The notes beneath the pieces were generated by a model. The model saw only the letters and a program-made list of their open reading frames with translations. It was not told the DNA's origin and did not search any database. 57,016 bases of DNA, taken from contig CAYRBY010000003.1 in the NCBI GenBank assembly GCA_964422635.1, positions 1 to 57,016 of the forward strand. The letters are read 5' to 3'. The translations under genes and the position numbers were made by a program. The stretch comes from an uncultured bacterium (GTDB lineage Bacteria > Omnitrophota > Omnitrophia > Omnitrophales > Aquincolibacteriaceae). Each line of letters opens with the position of its first letter. Position 1 is the first letter of the stretch. Shown piece by piece: positions 19,701-25,488 of this stretch.

Positions 19701-19854
19701 GGATTTGAGCAAATGCACGGGGAATACTGAAATCCTTCCCGCACGAGACTGTAAAGACACAGAGAATAAGCCATGTGATAAAGGCGCGGACAGAGAACTT
19801 CCCTTTCCGGGGATGCGCAAACATAGCTTTCCTTCTGTTTGCCGGATCAGGCAA
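10795..19854 (-). CDS. giant modular protein (3,019 aa) with six RSELR-marked module junctions
   Basis: Single uninterrupted frame. The track start at 19854 is a TTG. An ATG at 19824 (MFAHPRKGK...) is preceded by AGGAAAG and is the more likely start. Amino-acid numbers used here follow the ORF-track start. See the sub-features. Confidence 0.9.
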   Translation of the reverse strand: MPDPANRRKAMFAHPRKGKFSVRAFITWLILCVFTVSCGKDFSIPRAFAQIPLEVKTGIQAFNPQDFPESLGRVESFHQGEDKDKPVIFFLQDAHAVKDAQRSIQNVIAYLEANQGVRLVTLEGSEGKIDPVFFQTFPDKFIKKKVLEAYLERGELSGAELAAVSETSISQYAGLEDWNLYQDNQKAYLEALAQQPELEKVFLSITLALGEQRHSAFSPELNRFYDLRESFYSEKSNLFELIQDFKARLSSGLLHEDLFHKDYPQLSLLIEADGRNLPAAVEADVRKMAESFRAKIARDFPQKETPEFSSAYQSFLTGQLDPGNFLRILIREGSKFGFKPRLTQGMQSLLLNTESFSMLKGTSVFSELESALDLVEKSLKPTEPQREILEACAALRRLKHLAALEMTPQELERYRQDPEKHLVLLGDSRAGMMPALEFYRLALERDRVFHRNLENLIRQQKPAAAVVVAGGFHTQGFEEELLKRGYSYAVISPRVDSLEGYETYAGLMEGNFSYKSYLETTYYDAFVRHAGIQLMQEVEEPEFKKDLKLWRDDVIRRLSADGRIDQVSDYTRYIDLLFKVYQQKFRGQSPGLTKEAVRRALQDEAGNFQKDTVKQWKDAFTSGLGEFTKALLPLEQKGALNVESVSSFFPSSGSRPDALSIPRAMTQSSVLSWQKPHALSFPKTSGVASEKVPFSPGNVMTSALQELAREGAPAEAVTESARRSVATLENIARQAESAMPGSETPVVRDVGAAKEGLRSALQDLPAPVPEMAREILKQGGERIAGNEEISKRMRSELRELESELQVGDSTLYPTDAMMAHLVNRVIGADILNIANPDILEMGIGSGVLTGALAEGAQRKKETRFMGIDINPEAVRDAKKNLEKYPQVEIRQGNFFSPLRKGELFDVIFWNPPWYSAERPGKRNDIARMDKDHALLRQFLLEAPRYLKPGGKVYLIFPEEFSAVIWEQLAQNKYEVSVADSYGWKKTKEGSRRVSIYELRPLAPSSRSELRHDYLEGPDFDKELNRRLVQLQWLWYGADEKGQPHENNLYRLIEDARAKAFPDIKAELDPEANRAYQAEVYKILERSYNHPEARRLLSEISQMPGVDPRIFFFHGSIYDAFNRSMTAVKEGGNKASRDYGDEMPSTPNFYRFDGYDFSDFHQVFVELVQNNQLHMKPNSTILALKHENEKDLQLIYYYGNYNTHDASRIEESMYGGSFTSGYGGQREHAFFNTIAPAVFQLGGTIQLEFDGKVQEFYPRNWAAWNWLHAWTPLWRAAWFYLSLWFFRSGIGKKDLGASDLMPRRGIKITLSLPKKNLKRQPLSVGAPVNVESSRFRVPGGISEVLVYSVYDEEKNAVHVYISTEEIQSGKRVAVSADLLLPGNPSETRQRHNQVIEFVRDHPFNYLDSLTELDPQVEFREGRRMDVRKTAPNAVFVTHLLTRFLPDIDIRHLRVADKEDDGAVLVLMTPFAVSKELEPRLLAFRDYLLQSFDSWEVQYLKPTEEVQAYGFVIRSSGRTAAPELPRSELREEEPPQILEMDVPREQYWAEIVRQLGLEKITTGGTAKIYKSSVYPQHLLKKKEIPDGEVFRIEAPWNTDNERAQISAELSNLDLAVAEKPIVIKDLKSEPGRTVTSNMSWQKKVIPVDNAWDPNPEKRPALAKAVLENLKGLWKAGYFDADFKMGNLGIYTRRDDTRGAGLIDFDFVYKLPDSSDPEVIYQWLKKRDLKESDRLHFSAGEHFVSNFFYYENSSDEEEKAKKRDVARLSFLRRIVFPEQDPETARAAFSLIYGKARAAYRALNLSPEEIENPPLEKVRQVKQAILTAMDEEPLVDTLLRQLALSISKTRGGDAATRPNEPRRSELRSDSNPLAVSLGPEETAVLEKRVKELSAFYKQHPMSQEAREQFFYPGILSVFLGLRPGFLSYSGKDPDPLELIAELEDQPDFPVDYFSVMDPGMILDSRGVAERLVREGQFLFEQGILKESDKALLDEVRNALQANDPQSIRRAVEPILSALIEELLRPGGYIPKRQTNQDAIFGFLLGYPLPSVQAIMRWRLSGYDEDLPPIQTVSPETKYPSIGITTDLTKESAVAVLSYQGRLEASLDFAYSRFAQDIPDFDGIEKSLQLPKRSELRAEEIDTPRPEEIPDEFGFQPREWLEKLSRIRLFWEGENAFKFGEMKALIEKYKDVKGMRSMVSRLASSYLNSNRASFNEVAGELFIVDRLVEQLAPFYDVQVLGLGLYAGFREIDGFLKVTPKPGVEIPGPVLEGGLYILEAKEDDGVQLQGLINNTIKSQVSAQIRNTQFLARAGLPFRGAIVGAGGERSQRTNLKEEEKPDDSPVPVYSFVTDAFSIENNKASVQVPAPSRQQLEAWNDQRLFIEAFFYKVLLPAFGLSPLVMGAEGERRNAALRELERREKIQRDIARRNIQRKKKEREALYHELERRAREIEGWGDAFETLADPEIKAEPLLLKTVLSWYFNRRSIPLEILRNDLHLASYAPKQSPETLTLPIREASSTDEAQDVHELQITSAASFSREHAWTWLKEQFQKSQQAEPKAAKVQKPQTPSSRPQPKPKVEPAVREAHGWVSSFVHHEDVNPPLTDQDAGYVENVLWVYFQGNADRGQTVPQSRRQLQGIFSQVGRNGAWEWVQAEAERLYGGPVDRSELRSPEEPAQETLQPGSGSMRNVLPWLPRLNAANALHDIAETGGVEKAADQVWKKEGEENIDAEGQKLGHALEEAVLGQLERGNEAGSGDFNIIFDEDVFAPEYLAGQLSGIKGPVNVYNLRDRLISRASLLAEGRRESSPGTSAHFKVSAAQRTAADFFLNPSRRTVLLQALAQHFGREVKLQEGKRLMIDLSLFEGTPFLTARGFVEQKLALGKVALAYLKSTETSPGLAEVFRLPGLERHFYTVDTPLLIKPDEASQTTHILVSGTLVEAKGEIRAAPGVFVSRQVYLGAGLNTPEFEGAVQLALSVESLRKQLKDEPGSLFPELTADVLQAIFGLLEDLMTTEAARQAVASAA
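10798..11859 (-). other. C-terminal tail domain shared by the three large proteins (aa 2666-3019)
   Basis: Follows the last RSELR. The end ...ALSVESLRKQLKDEPGSLFPELTADVLQAIFGLLEDLMTTEAARQAVASAA aligns by eye with the ends of the 4,555-aa and 1,350-aa proteins. Confidence 0.6.
11860..11874 (-). other. RSELR junction motif (3,019-aa protein, copy 6, aa 2661-2665)
   Basis: Coding strand cgt tca gag ctt cga. Context GPVD-RSELR-SPEEPA. Confidence 0.95.
11875..13458 (-). other. module of unknown function (aa 2133-2660) with a possible PD-(D/E)xK-like core, coiled-coil and Pro-rich linker
   Basis: REIDGF...(27 aa)...YILEAKEDD gives a D...ExK pattern. Arg/Glu-rich coiled-coil ERRNAALRELERREKIQRDIARRNIQRKKKEREALYHELERRAREIE. 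Pro-rich segment KVQKPQTPSSRPQPKPKVEP. The nuclease-fold idea rests on this motif only. Confidence 0.3.
13459..13473 (-). other. RSELR junction motif (3,019-aa protein, copy 5, aa 2128-2132)
   Basis: Coding strand agg tct gaa ctc cgg. Context QLPK-RSELR-AEEIDTP. Confidence 0.95.
13474..14265 (-). other. module of unknown function (aa 1864-2127)
   Basis: Bounded by RSELR copies 4 and 5. I recognise no motif. Confidence 0.4.
14266..14280 (-). other. RSELR junction motif (3,019-aa protein, copy 4, aa 1859-1863)
   Basis: Coding strand cgc tcc gaa ctg aga. Context NEPR-RSELR-SDSNPL. Confidence 0.95.
14281..15270 (-). other. protein-kinase-like module (aa 1529-1858)
   Basis: Gly-rich loop plus Lys (TTGGTAKIYK). 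Catalytic-loop-like DADFKMGN, compare HRDLKxxN. DFG-like LIDFDF about 18 aa later. Confidence 0.45.
15271..15285 (-). other. RSELR junction motif (3,019-aa protein, copy 3, aa 1524-1528)
   Basis: Coding strand cgg tcg gag ctg cga. Context PELP-RSELR-EEEPPQ. Confidence 0.95.
15286..16824 (-). other. module of unknown function (aa 1011-1523) containing a Trp-rich hydrophobic segment
   Basis: WAAWNWLHAWTPLWRAAWFYLSLWFF (nt ~15993-16083) has 7 Trp in 26 residues. A weak GHKL-like N-box (FVELVQNNQLH) was noted but is not convincing. Confidence 0.35.
16825..16839 (-). other. RSELR junction motif (3,019-aa protein, copy 2, aa 1006-1010)
   Basis: Coding strand cgt tca gag ctt cgg. Context APSS-RSELR-HDYLEG. 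Confidence 0.95.
16840..17460 (-). other. HemK/PrmC-like SAM-dependent methyltransferase module (aa 799-1005)
   Basis: SAM motif I DILEMGIGSGVL. Catalytic motif IV FDVIFWNPPWY, an NPPW variant of NPPY as in N5-glutamine / N6-adenine methyltransferases. Confidence 0.6.
17461..17475 (-). other. RSELR junction motif (3,019-aa protein, copy 1, aa 794-798)
   Basis: Coding strand cgt tcg gag ctt cgg. Context SKRM-RSELR-ELESELQ, where a degenerate echo ESELQ follows. Confidence 0.95.
17476..19854 (-). other. signal/anchor plus N-terminal domain shared with the 4,555-aa protein (aa 1-793)
   Basis: Hydrophobic N-terminus AFITWLILCVFTVSCGKD, a possible lipobox. FLQDAHAVKDAQRSIQNVIAYLEAN (QDAH at nt 19570-19581), LEGSEG, and VVVAGGFHTQGFEEELLKRGYSYAVISPRV (GGFH at nt 18436-18447) all align by eye with the paralogue. 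Confidence 0.7.
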
Positions 19855-20016
19855 ACCAATATCTAAATTATTGATATGACGAGCACTTAAAGACTTTAAA
19901 AATCTTATACGGAAAGTTTAGCACGTGGATATCGGAGATTGAAGGGTGTAAAGGAGAAATAACGATATTAATGCTACTTTTTGAGCTTTAAAGAGTGCAA
20001 AAGAGTCTTGAGGGGA

Positions 20017-20349
20017 TTAAAACAGGGTTTCAGGCTTTACAGGGATCCCATCCTGCATGCCGGGGAGAAAAGCTGCAAACAAATCAACCAAGCCGCTGGC
20101 GGCGCGTTCCACCATTTGGCAGGTTCCATCAACAAACCCTGCGCTCTGGCGGACAAAGGGGCGGCCGGCCTTTTCGTGGTACTCCTGCATGGTGACGGGA
20201 ATTTCCAACGGTGACGTTAAAACATTCGTGAACCCGCGCTTCCAGGTACGCACAAAATTCTTGCCATAGGAATCGCCTTCCGCCGCAAAGACAGCCGGAG
20301 AAACAAGCGCAAGGCAAAGGAGTATTAAAGCGAATCTTTTTGTCTTCAT
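20017..20349 (-). CDS. small secreted protein, possibly the exosortase-system-associated TIGR04073-like family
   Basis: Signal peptide MKTKRFALILLCLALVSPAVFA. The segment WKRGFTNVLTSPLEIP resembles the K-x-x-RG-x-x-N...EIP signature I recall for that family. It lies 162 nt upstream of the giant ORF on the same strand. Confidence 0.4.
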   Translation of the reverse strand: MKTKRFALILLCLALVSPAVFAAEGDSYGKNFVRTWKRGFTNVLTSPLEIPVTMQEYHEKAGRPFVRQSAGFVDGTCQMVERAASGLVDLFAAFLPGMQDGIPVKPETLF

Positions 20350-20536
20350 TTAGAGGTTATCTTATCGGCCGTCCAAGATAAATATCAAGCAAAAAGAACC
20401 TGGGCTTTCCTTTTTTTAAAAAATTCCCAAGAGAGTTTCCTCGGTTTTGGAATTGACCGTTAAGTTTTGTTTTTAGCAGGCCGATTTTTGTAGACACACT
20501 AGACCCGGAAACAGAGCCAAGACGGCTTGAGACAGG

Positions 20537-20758
20537 ATGAAACCTATGGAAGACAATGAAATCCCTTTAAAACCTCTCTATACCTGCTCGAGCTGCAGCT
20601 GGTCCGGCAATGAATCCAGCTTTGTCACCAAGATCCTCTCCATAATGTATCGCCCCAAACATGACAACATCCAGGCCTTCAAGCAGATCAAATGCCCGAA
20701 GTGCCACAATCTTGTCACGATTATTTTTGAAACTCTGGATGGTTCAGTAGCAAAATAG
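20537..20758 (+). CDS. small zinc-ribbon-like hypothetical protein
   Basis: Two CxxC pairs (CSSCSW ... CPKCHN). It is an isolated plus-strand ORF in an intergenic gap, so its coding status is uncertain. Confidence 0.4.
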   Translation: MKPMEDNEIPLKPLYTCSSCSWSGNESSFVTKILSIMYRPKHDNIQAFKQIKCPKCHNLVTIIFETLDGSVAK

Positions 20759-20790
20759 TCGAGCTGCTGAAAAAAATAAATCCCGGCACC

Positions 20791-22146
20791 TTAGCTCAGC
20801 TTGCGAAAAACCCCTTCAAGCATTTCAAGCGCAGTATCGACCTCCCGCGGCTTCAAAACCAAGGGTGGAGAAAACCGGATAGAACTGTCTCCGCAAGGCA
20901 GAAGAAGAAGTCCCCGGCGAAAGGCCTCGTCAATAATACGGTCCCGCAGCTGAGGCGCAATCTCCCGGGTTTCACGATCTTTAACGATTTCAATTCCTAC
21001 CATAAGTCCAATCCCGCGAACATCCCCAATGACAAGAAATTGCCTGGATAAGGCTTCCAGGCCTTTGAGAAGGTATTCTCCTGCTTTGGCGGCATTCTGA
21101 AGAAGCCCTTCCTCAAGGAGCCGGATCGTTTCAAGAGCCGCGGCGCAGGCGATTGGATTACCGCCAAAAGTGTTGGCATGCGCCCCTGGTTCCCAATCCA
21201 TCACATCGGCTCTCGCCACCAAAGCACCCAAAGGAAGCCCTGACGCAATCCCCTTTGCAATCGTAATCATATCGGGCTCCACGTCCCAGTTTTGAATCGC
21301 AAACATTTTTCCTGTGCGCCCCATCCCCGCCTGAACTTCATCAACAATCAAAAGGATTCCGTGTTTTTTTGTCAGCGCACGCAAACGTGCATGGAAATTA
21401 GGCGGCGGCACAACATACCCGCCCTCCCCCTGAATAGGTTCTACAATTACGGCCGCGACTTCATCCGGCGGAACCGTCCGCTTGAACAAAGTGTTTTCAA
21501 TATAATCCACACACTCTTCGCCGTACTTCAACAAATCATCATGCTTGCAAAGGCGGTAAAAATAAGGGTATTCAATATGGGACACGCCCGGAACGAGCGG
21601 GCCGAATTTTTTCTTCTGCCTGATCTTGCTTCCGGTAAGGGAAAGCGAGCCCATCGAGCGCCCGTGAAAGGCTCCAAAAAAAGCGATCATTCTTTCGCGT
21701 CCGGTTTTGTAGCGGGCGAGTTTAAATGCGGCCTCCACAGACTCCGTGCCTGAATTGGTAAAGAAAACTCTTTTTTTGAAATTTCCAGGCGCAAGTGAGG
21801 CAAGCTTTTCTGCGAGTTTGACCTGAAGTTCGTAATAAAAGTCGGTCCCGGACATGTGAATGAGTTCGCCCGCCTGATGCTGAATAGCGTGAACGACTTT
21901 CGGATGACAATGCCCCGTGGCGGTAACTGCAATTCCCGCAGTAAAATCAAGGAACTGATTTCCATCCACATCTTCAATCCACACGCCGCGGCCTCTCTTG
22001 GCCACAAGCGGATAAGAGCGAGTGTAGGATGGCGACATGACTTTGTCATCCCGCTTGAGAATGGCTCGTGCTTTGGGACCCGGAAGAGGATAACGGATCA
22101 TCGGTTTCTGGCTTTTGGGAGGGTGCTTCTTGGTTTTCTTTTTCAT
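20791..22146 (-). CDS. class-III PLP aminotransferase (4-aminobutyrate / acetylornithine aminotransferase-like)
   Basis: LPGPKARAILKRDDKVMSPSY N-terminus typical of GabT-like enzymes. FTNSGTESVEAAFKLAR and DEVQAGMGRTGKMFA are present. Confidence 0.8.
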   Translation of the reverse strand: MKKKTKKHPPKSQKPMIRYPLPGPKARAILKRDDKVMSPSYTRSYPLVAKRGRGVWIEDVDGNQFLDFTAGIAVTATGHCHPKVVHAIQHQAGELIHMSGTDFYYELQVKLAEKLASLAPGNFKKRVFFTNSGTESVEAAFKLARYKTGRERMIAFFGAFHGRSMGSLSLTGSKIRQKKKFGPLVPGVSHIEYPYFYRLCKHDDLLKYGEECVDYIENTLFKRTVPPDEVAAVIVEPIQGEGGYVVPPPNFHARLRALTKKHGILLIVDEVQAGMGRTGKMFAIQNWDVEPDMITIAKGIASGLPLGALVARADVMDWEPGAHANTFGGNPIACAAALETIRLLEEGLLQNAAKAGEYLLKGLEALSRQFLVIGDVRGIGLMVGIEIVKDRETREIAPQLRDRIIDEAFRRGLLLLPCGDSSIRFSPPLVLKPREVDTALEMLEGVFRKLS

Positions 22147-22228
22147 AGTGCCCCCTGTCCTCGCTGATTAATGTTTCGATCGCTGCAGCATCTTAAGTGT
22201 GGCCGGCTCTTCAAAGCTGTCTTACTCA

Positions 22229-22261
22229 AGATCAATCTGTGCTTTTTGAAGTTTGCCGCTG
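22229..22261. repeat. 33-bp direct repeat, downstream copy (duplicate of the ALDH gene 3-prime end)
   Basis: AGATCAATCTGTGCTTTTTGAAGTTTGCCGCTG is identical to 22335..22367. On the minus strand it encodes SGKLQKAQIDL followed by E-stop. Confidence 0.9.
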
Positions 22262-22327
22262 CACCTTAGTTTAGGATGGCTCCGTGGGAGCCATCGAAAA
22301 GCGTCAGGGACCGGCACTGCATCAAAC

Positions 22328-23809
22328 TCAATCCAGATCAATCTGTGCTTTTTGAAGTTTGCCGCTGTAATCCACGTACACGCTTTTCCACTCACTAAAA
22401 ATATCGAGGCCTGCTTCACCCGCTTCCCGGTGTCCATTCCCTGTCTGTTTAATACCGCCGAACGGCATGTGCACTTCCGCTCCGATGGTCGGCCCATTCA
22501 CATAAGTAATTCCGGCCTGGATATCGCGGATCGCTTTCATCGCGCGGTTCACATCGCGCGTATAGATGGAGGAAGACAGTCCGTATTTCGTGTTATTGAG
22601 GTATTCAACAGCCTCCTCAAAACTATTGACCGCCATGATGCAAACGACGGGGCCAAAAATCTCTTCCTGCATAATACGCATTTTCGGGTGCACGCCTGAA
22701 AAAACGGTCGGCTCAAAAAAAGAACCTCGCTTCAGCGCCCCTTTAGTCATACGCTTTCCCCCGCATTCAAGACTGGCCCCTTCTTCAATCCCAAGCGCTA
22801 CGTATTCCTTCACACGAGCGAGCTGTTTTTCATTCACAAGGGGTCCCATTTCGATCCCCGCATCAAGACCGTTGCCTGTGCGGATCTTTTGGGCACGCAT
22901 CACGAAGTTTTTGAGGAATATTTTAAATACTTTTTTGTGAACGAAGATCCGGCTAGTGGCCGTGCAGCGCTGTCCCGTGGTTCCGAATGCCCCCCAAAGA
23001 GCGCCCTCCATCGCCAAAGCCAGATCAGCATCCTCCATCACAATCTGCGCATTTTTTCCGCCCATCTCAAGCGAGCATCTCTTGAGCGAGCGTCCGCAAT
23101 GGCCGGCCACTTCCCGCCCCACCTCCGAGGAACCTGTAAAAGAAATCAAATCCACTCCAGGGTGATGAACCAGCGCGGCGCCCGCAGAACCGTCACCATG
23201 CACAAGACTTACAACACCTCGGGGCACGCCCGCCTTTTCCAAGATTTCAACGAAGCGGGATGCGCACGCGGGTGTGTCTTCAGAAGGTTTCAAAATAACC
23301 GTGTTTCCACACATCAATGCAGGGAAGGTTTTCCACGAAGGTATTGCAACCGGAAAATTCCAAGGGGTAATCAATCCGCAAACCCCCACGGGCCTGCGCA
23401 TGGACATCACGAACTTGTTGCGGAGTTCACTTGTTGATGTTTTCCCAAAAAGCCTGCGCCCTTCCCCCGCTGTATAAACCGCCATATCAATAGCTTCCTG
23501 AACATCGCCCCGAGCCTCCTTGAGAACTTTGCCCATTTCCCGCGTCATAAGACGGGCTATTTCTTCTTTCTGATCTTCCAGAAGTTTAGCGGCCCTCATC
23601 AAGATGCCGCCCTTTTTAGGCGGCGGGACAAGACTCCAGGAGGGAAAAGCTTCACGGGCTGCGAGAACGGCCGCGTTAATGTCTGCGGACGTGGACTCAG
23701 GAAAAATCCCGATAACATCGGAAGGGTCTGCAGGGTTCGTACTTTGAAAGGTTCCGCGGCTCTTTGTTTTCAGCCAGCCTCGGATATAGTTGCGGTAAAT
23801 CTTCGCCAT
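22328..23809 (-). CDS. NAD(P)-dependent aldehyde dehydrogenase (semialdehyde dehydrogenase-like)
   Basis: FTGSSEVGREV, the catalytic Glu region LEMGGKNAQIV, and the catalytic Cys region GQRCTATSRIFV. By my reading of the printed sequence the ATG is at 23808, so there is a 1-nt uncertainty at the start. Confidence 0.85.
   Translation of the reverse strand: MAKIYRNYIRGWLKTKSRGTFQSTNPADPSDVIGIFPESTSADINAAVLAAREAFPSWSLVPPPKKGGILMRAAKLLEDQKEEIARLMTREMGKVLKEARGDVQEAIDMAVYTAGEGRRLFGKTSTSELRNKFVMSMRRPVGVCGLITPWNFPVAIPSWKTFPALMCGNTVILKPSEDTPACASRFVEILEKAGVPRGVVSLVHGDGSAGAALVHHPGVDLISFTGSSEVGREVAGHCGRSLKRCSLEMGGKNAQIVMEDADLALAMEGALWGAFGTTGQRCTATSRIFVHKKVFKIFLKNFVMRAQKIRTGNGLDAGIEMGPLVNEKQLARVKEYVALGIEEGASLECGGKRMTKGALKRGSFFEPTVFSGVHPKMRIMQEEIFGPVVCIMAVNSFEEAVEYLNNTKYGLSSSIYTRDVNRAMKAIRDIQAGITYVNGPTIGAEVHMPFGGIKQTGNGHREAGEAGLDIFSEWKSVYVDYSGKLQKAQIDLD
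22335..22367. repeat. 33-bp direct repeat, copy inside the ALDH gene 3-prime end
   Basis: Identical 33-mer encoding the last residues SGKLQKAQIDL(D) of the aldehyde dehydrogenase. The two copies start 106 bp apart. Confidence 0.9.
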
Positions 23810-23866
23810 AAGCTCCTCCCGGCAAAGAACGCCTTGCGGAAATTCATTCAGCGCAGACGGGTCTTT

Positions 23867-24622
23867 TTACCCGCGCTTCAACCAATCTTCAAAAATCCGA
23901 ATGGCCTGGTAATCTGTAACATCAAGCTTGAGGGGGGTAATCGACACATATCCATTCATGACAGCTTCTTCGTCGCTCGTGCCGTCGGTGTCATAAACCT
24001 CAATTTCACCGGCCAAAGAGTAGACGCGTTTCCCATCATGCTCTTTTTCTTTCACGAATTCTTCCACGAAACGGGAGGATGCCTGTTTGGTAATTTTTAC
24101 GCCTCGCATCTTTTCAAAAGGGATAGGAGGAATGTTAACGCTGACCAGAGTCTCGGGAGGAAAGGCGTTGGCGGCATAGCCCTCAATCACGCGCGCGGCA
24201 ATCTGGATGCTGGCCGAGAAGTCATCAAACACGCGGCTGCAAAGAGAAAAAGCGGCTGCAGGAATATGATTTATGACCGCTTCGCGCGCAGCGGAAATTG
24301 TTCCCGAGTAATAAACACTGACGCCCGTGTTGGCCCCCTGATTCACACCTGAAACTACAAGATTCGGCATAAAATATTTGAGCTCTGAGATTGCAAACTT
24401 GATGCAGTCCGCCGGCGTACCGTGAACCTTGTAATGATCAATTCCATGATCGCGGTACTCTTCAATGCGAAGTTTTTGACCAAGGGAAATGGAATGACTG
24501 CAAGCTGAACGCTCACTGGCGGGTGCCACTACAATCGCATTCACGCCCTGCGGGACATTCCGGATCAGAGCCTGAATGCCTGGCGCATCAATACCATCAT
24601 CATTTGTATAGATTACGTTCAT
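23867..24622 (-). CDS. surE: 5-prime/3-prime-nucleotidase SurE
   Basis: N-terminal NDDGIDAPGIQAL and SGVNQGANTG motifs. Length is typical for the family. Confidence 0.9.
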   Translation of the reverse strand: MNVIYTNDDGIDAPGIQALIRNVPQGVNAIVVAPASERSACSHSISLGQKLRIEEYRDHGIDHYKVHGTPADCIKFAISELKYFMPNLVVSGVNQGANTGVSVYYSGTISAAREAVINHIPAAAFSLCSRVFDDFSASIQIAARVIEGYAANAFPPETLVSVNIPPIPFEKMRGVKITKQASSRFVEEFVKEKEHDGKRVYSLAGEIEVYDTDGTSDEEAVMNGYVSITPLKLDVTDYQAIRIFEDWLKRG

Positions 24623-24687
24623 AAAAGCCTCACATCCTTAAAAGCACTTATCATTTTTTATCAAAATGTAGTGATATTATAAAAGCC

Positions 24688-25488
24688 TTACCAATTATAG
24701 CACATGCCATAATGAGTTAGCCTGATCCTCTGTACGGCGACCCAGCGCCTTAGAAGCGGGGAGCGGAACAGGCGGAATTCATGTGCCCGGCCCGTCGTAA
24801 AAGACGTAATTTTTCTTAAATCCGAGTCGACTATTCCCGGGTGGCACATCACCTCACTTATGCCGGGTGCAAGGCTGCGAAGCACAGAAAGAAGAGCGTT
24901 TTTTCTCCAGTAACCTTCCGGGTTCAGATCCCCCAAAAGCCGCGCTGCGCATGCAGGCATCGCGTGCTTCATTTTCCCGCTAAGCAGGGAGCGTCTCACG
25001 GGAAGCCTGAAGTACTTTGCGGTTTTGATGAGCGCGTCCCAATACAAAGGATGATCGTGGACCTGATGGTGCGTGTCCATATGTGTGGGCAGACGTCCAA
25101 AATGCTTTTTAAAAAGAAGAATCTGGTTTTTATATTCGAGGGCGACCTCTTTCTTCTCAGGCGGATGGTGCAGCTGACTATCTCGCTTCCGGAACATCCC
25201 GTCTCCGGAGATAAGCGAATTTAGTTTTTGAGGAGAAGAAACCGGGGCGCCCAGGGTGACATTCAAATGGATACCGACCCCCAAGGATTTGGCCGCTTTA
25301 AAGGCCCTGACGGTTGTTGCTTCCAGGGGAAGATTTACAAGAAGGGTCGTACTGGTAACAATACCTGTGGCATGCGCCTCAAGAATTGCTTGGCTGACGC
25401 CGGGAGTGAGGTTGGCATCATCCGCATTAACGATGAGTAAACGTGGTGCGCTGACCTGTTCTTTCATTCCCGCCTTCCGGGGATTCAC
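24688..25488 (-). CDS. YdjC/ChbG-family carbohydrate deacetylase
   Basis: LIVNADDANLTPGVSQAILEAHATGIVTSTTLLVN and MDTHHQVH motifs. The GTG at 25488 overlaps the acpS stop by 4 nt. An alternative ATG lies at 25467. Confidence 0.7.
   Translation of the reverse strand: MNPRKAGMKEQVSAPRLLIVNADDANLTPGVSQAILEAHATGIVTSTTLLVNLPLEATTVRAFKAAKSLGVGIHLNVTLGAPVSSPQKLNSLISGDGMFRKRDSQLHHPPEKKEVALEYKNQILLFKKHFGRLPTHMDTHHQVHDHPLYWDALIKTAKYFRLPVRRSLLSGKMKHAMPACAARLLGDLNPEGYWRKNALLSVLRSLAPGISEVMCHPGIVDSDLRKITSFTTGRAHEFRLFRSPLLRRWVAVQRIRLTHYGMCYNW

Noticed and set aside
22222-22497. The 91-aa ORF ending in SGKLQKAQIDLE as a separate gene.
   Set aside because: It is the out-of-frame overlap of the ALDH gene joined to the duplicated 3-prime end, so it is an artefact of the 33-bp repeat.
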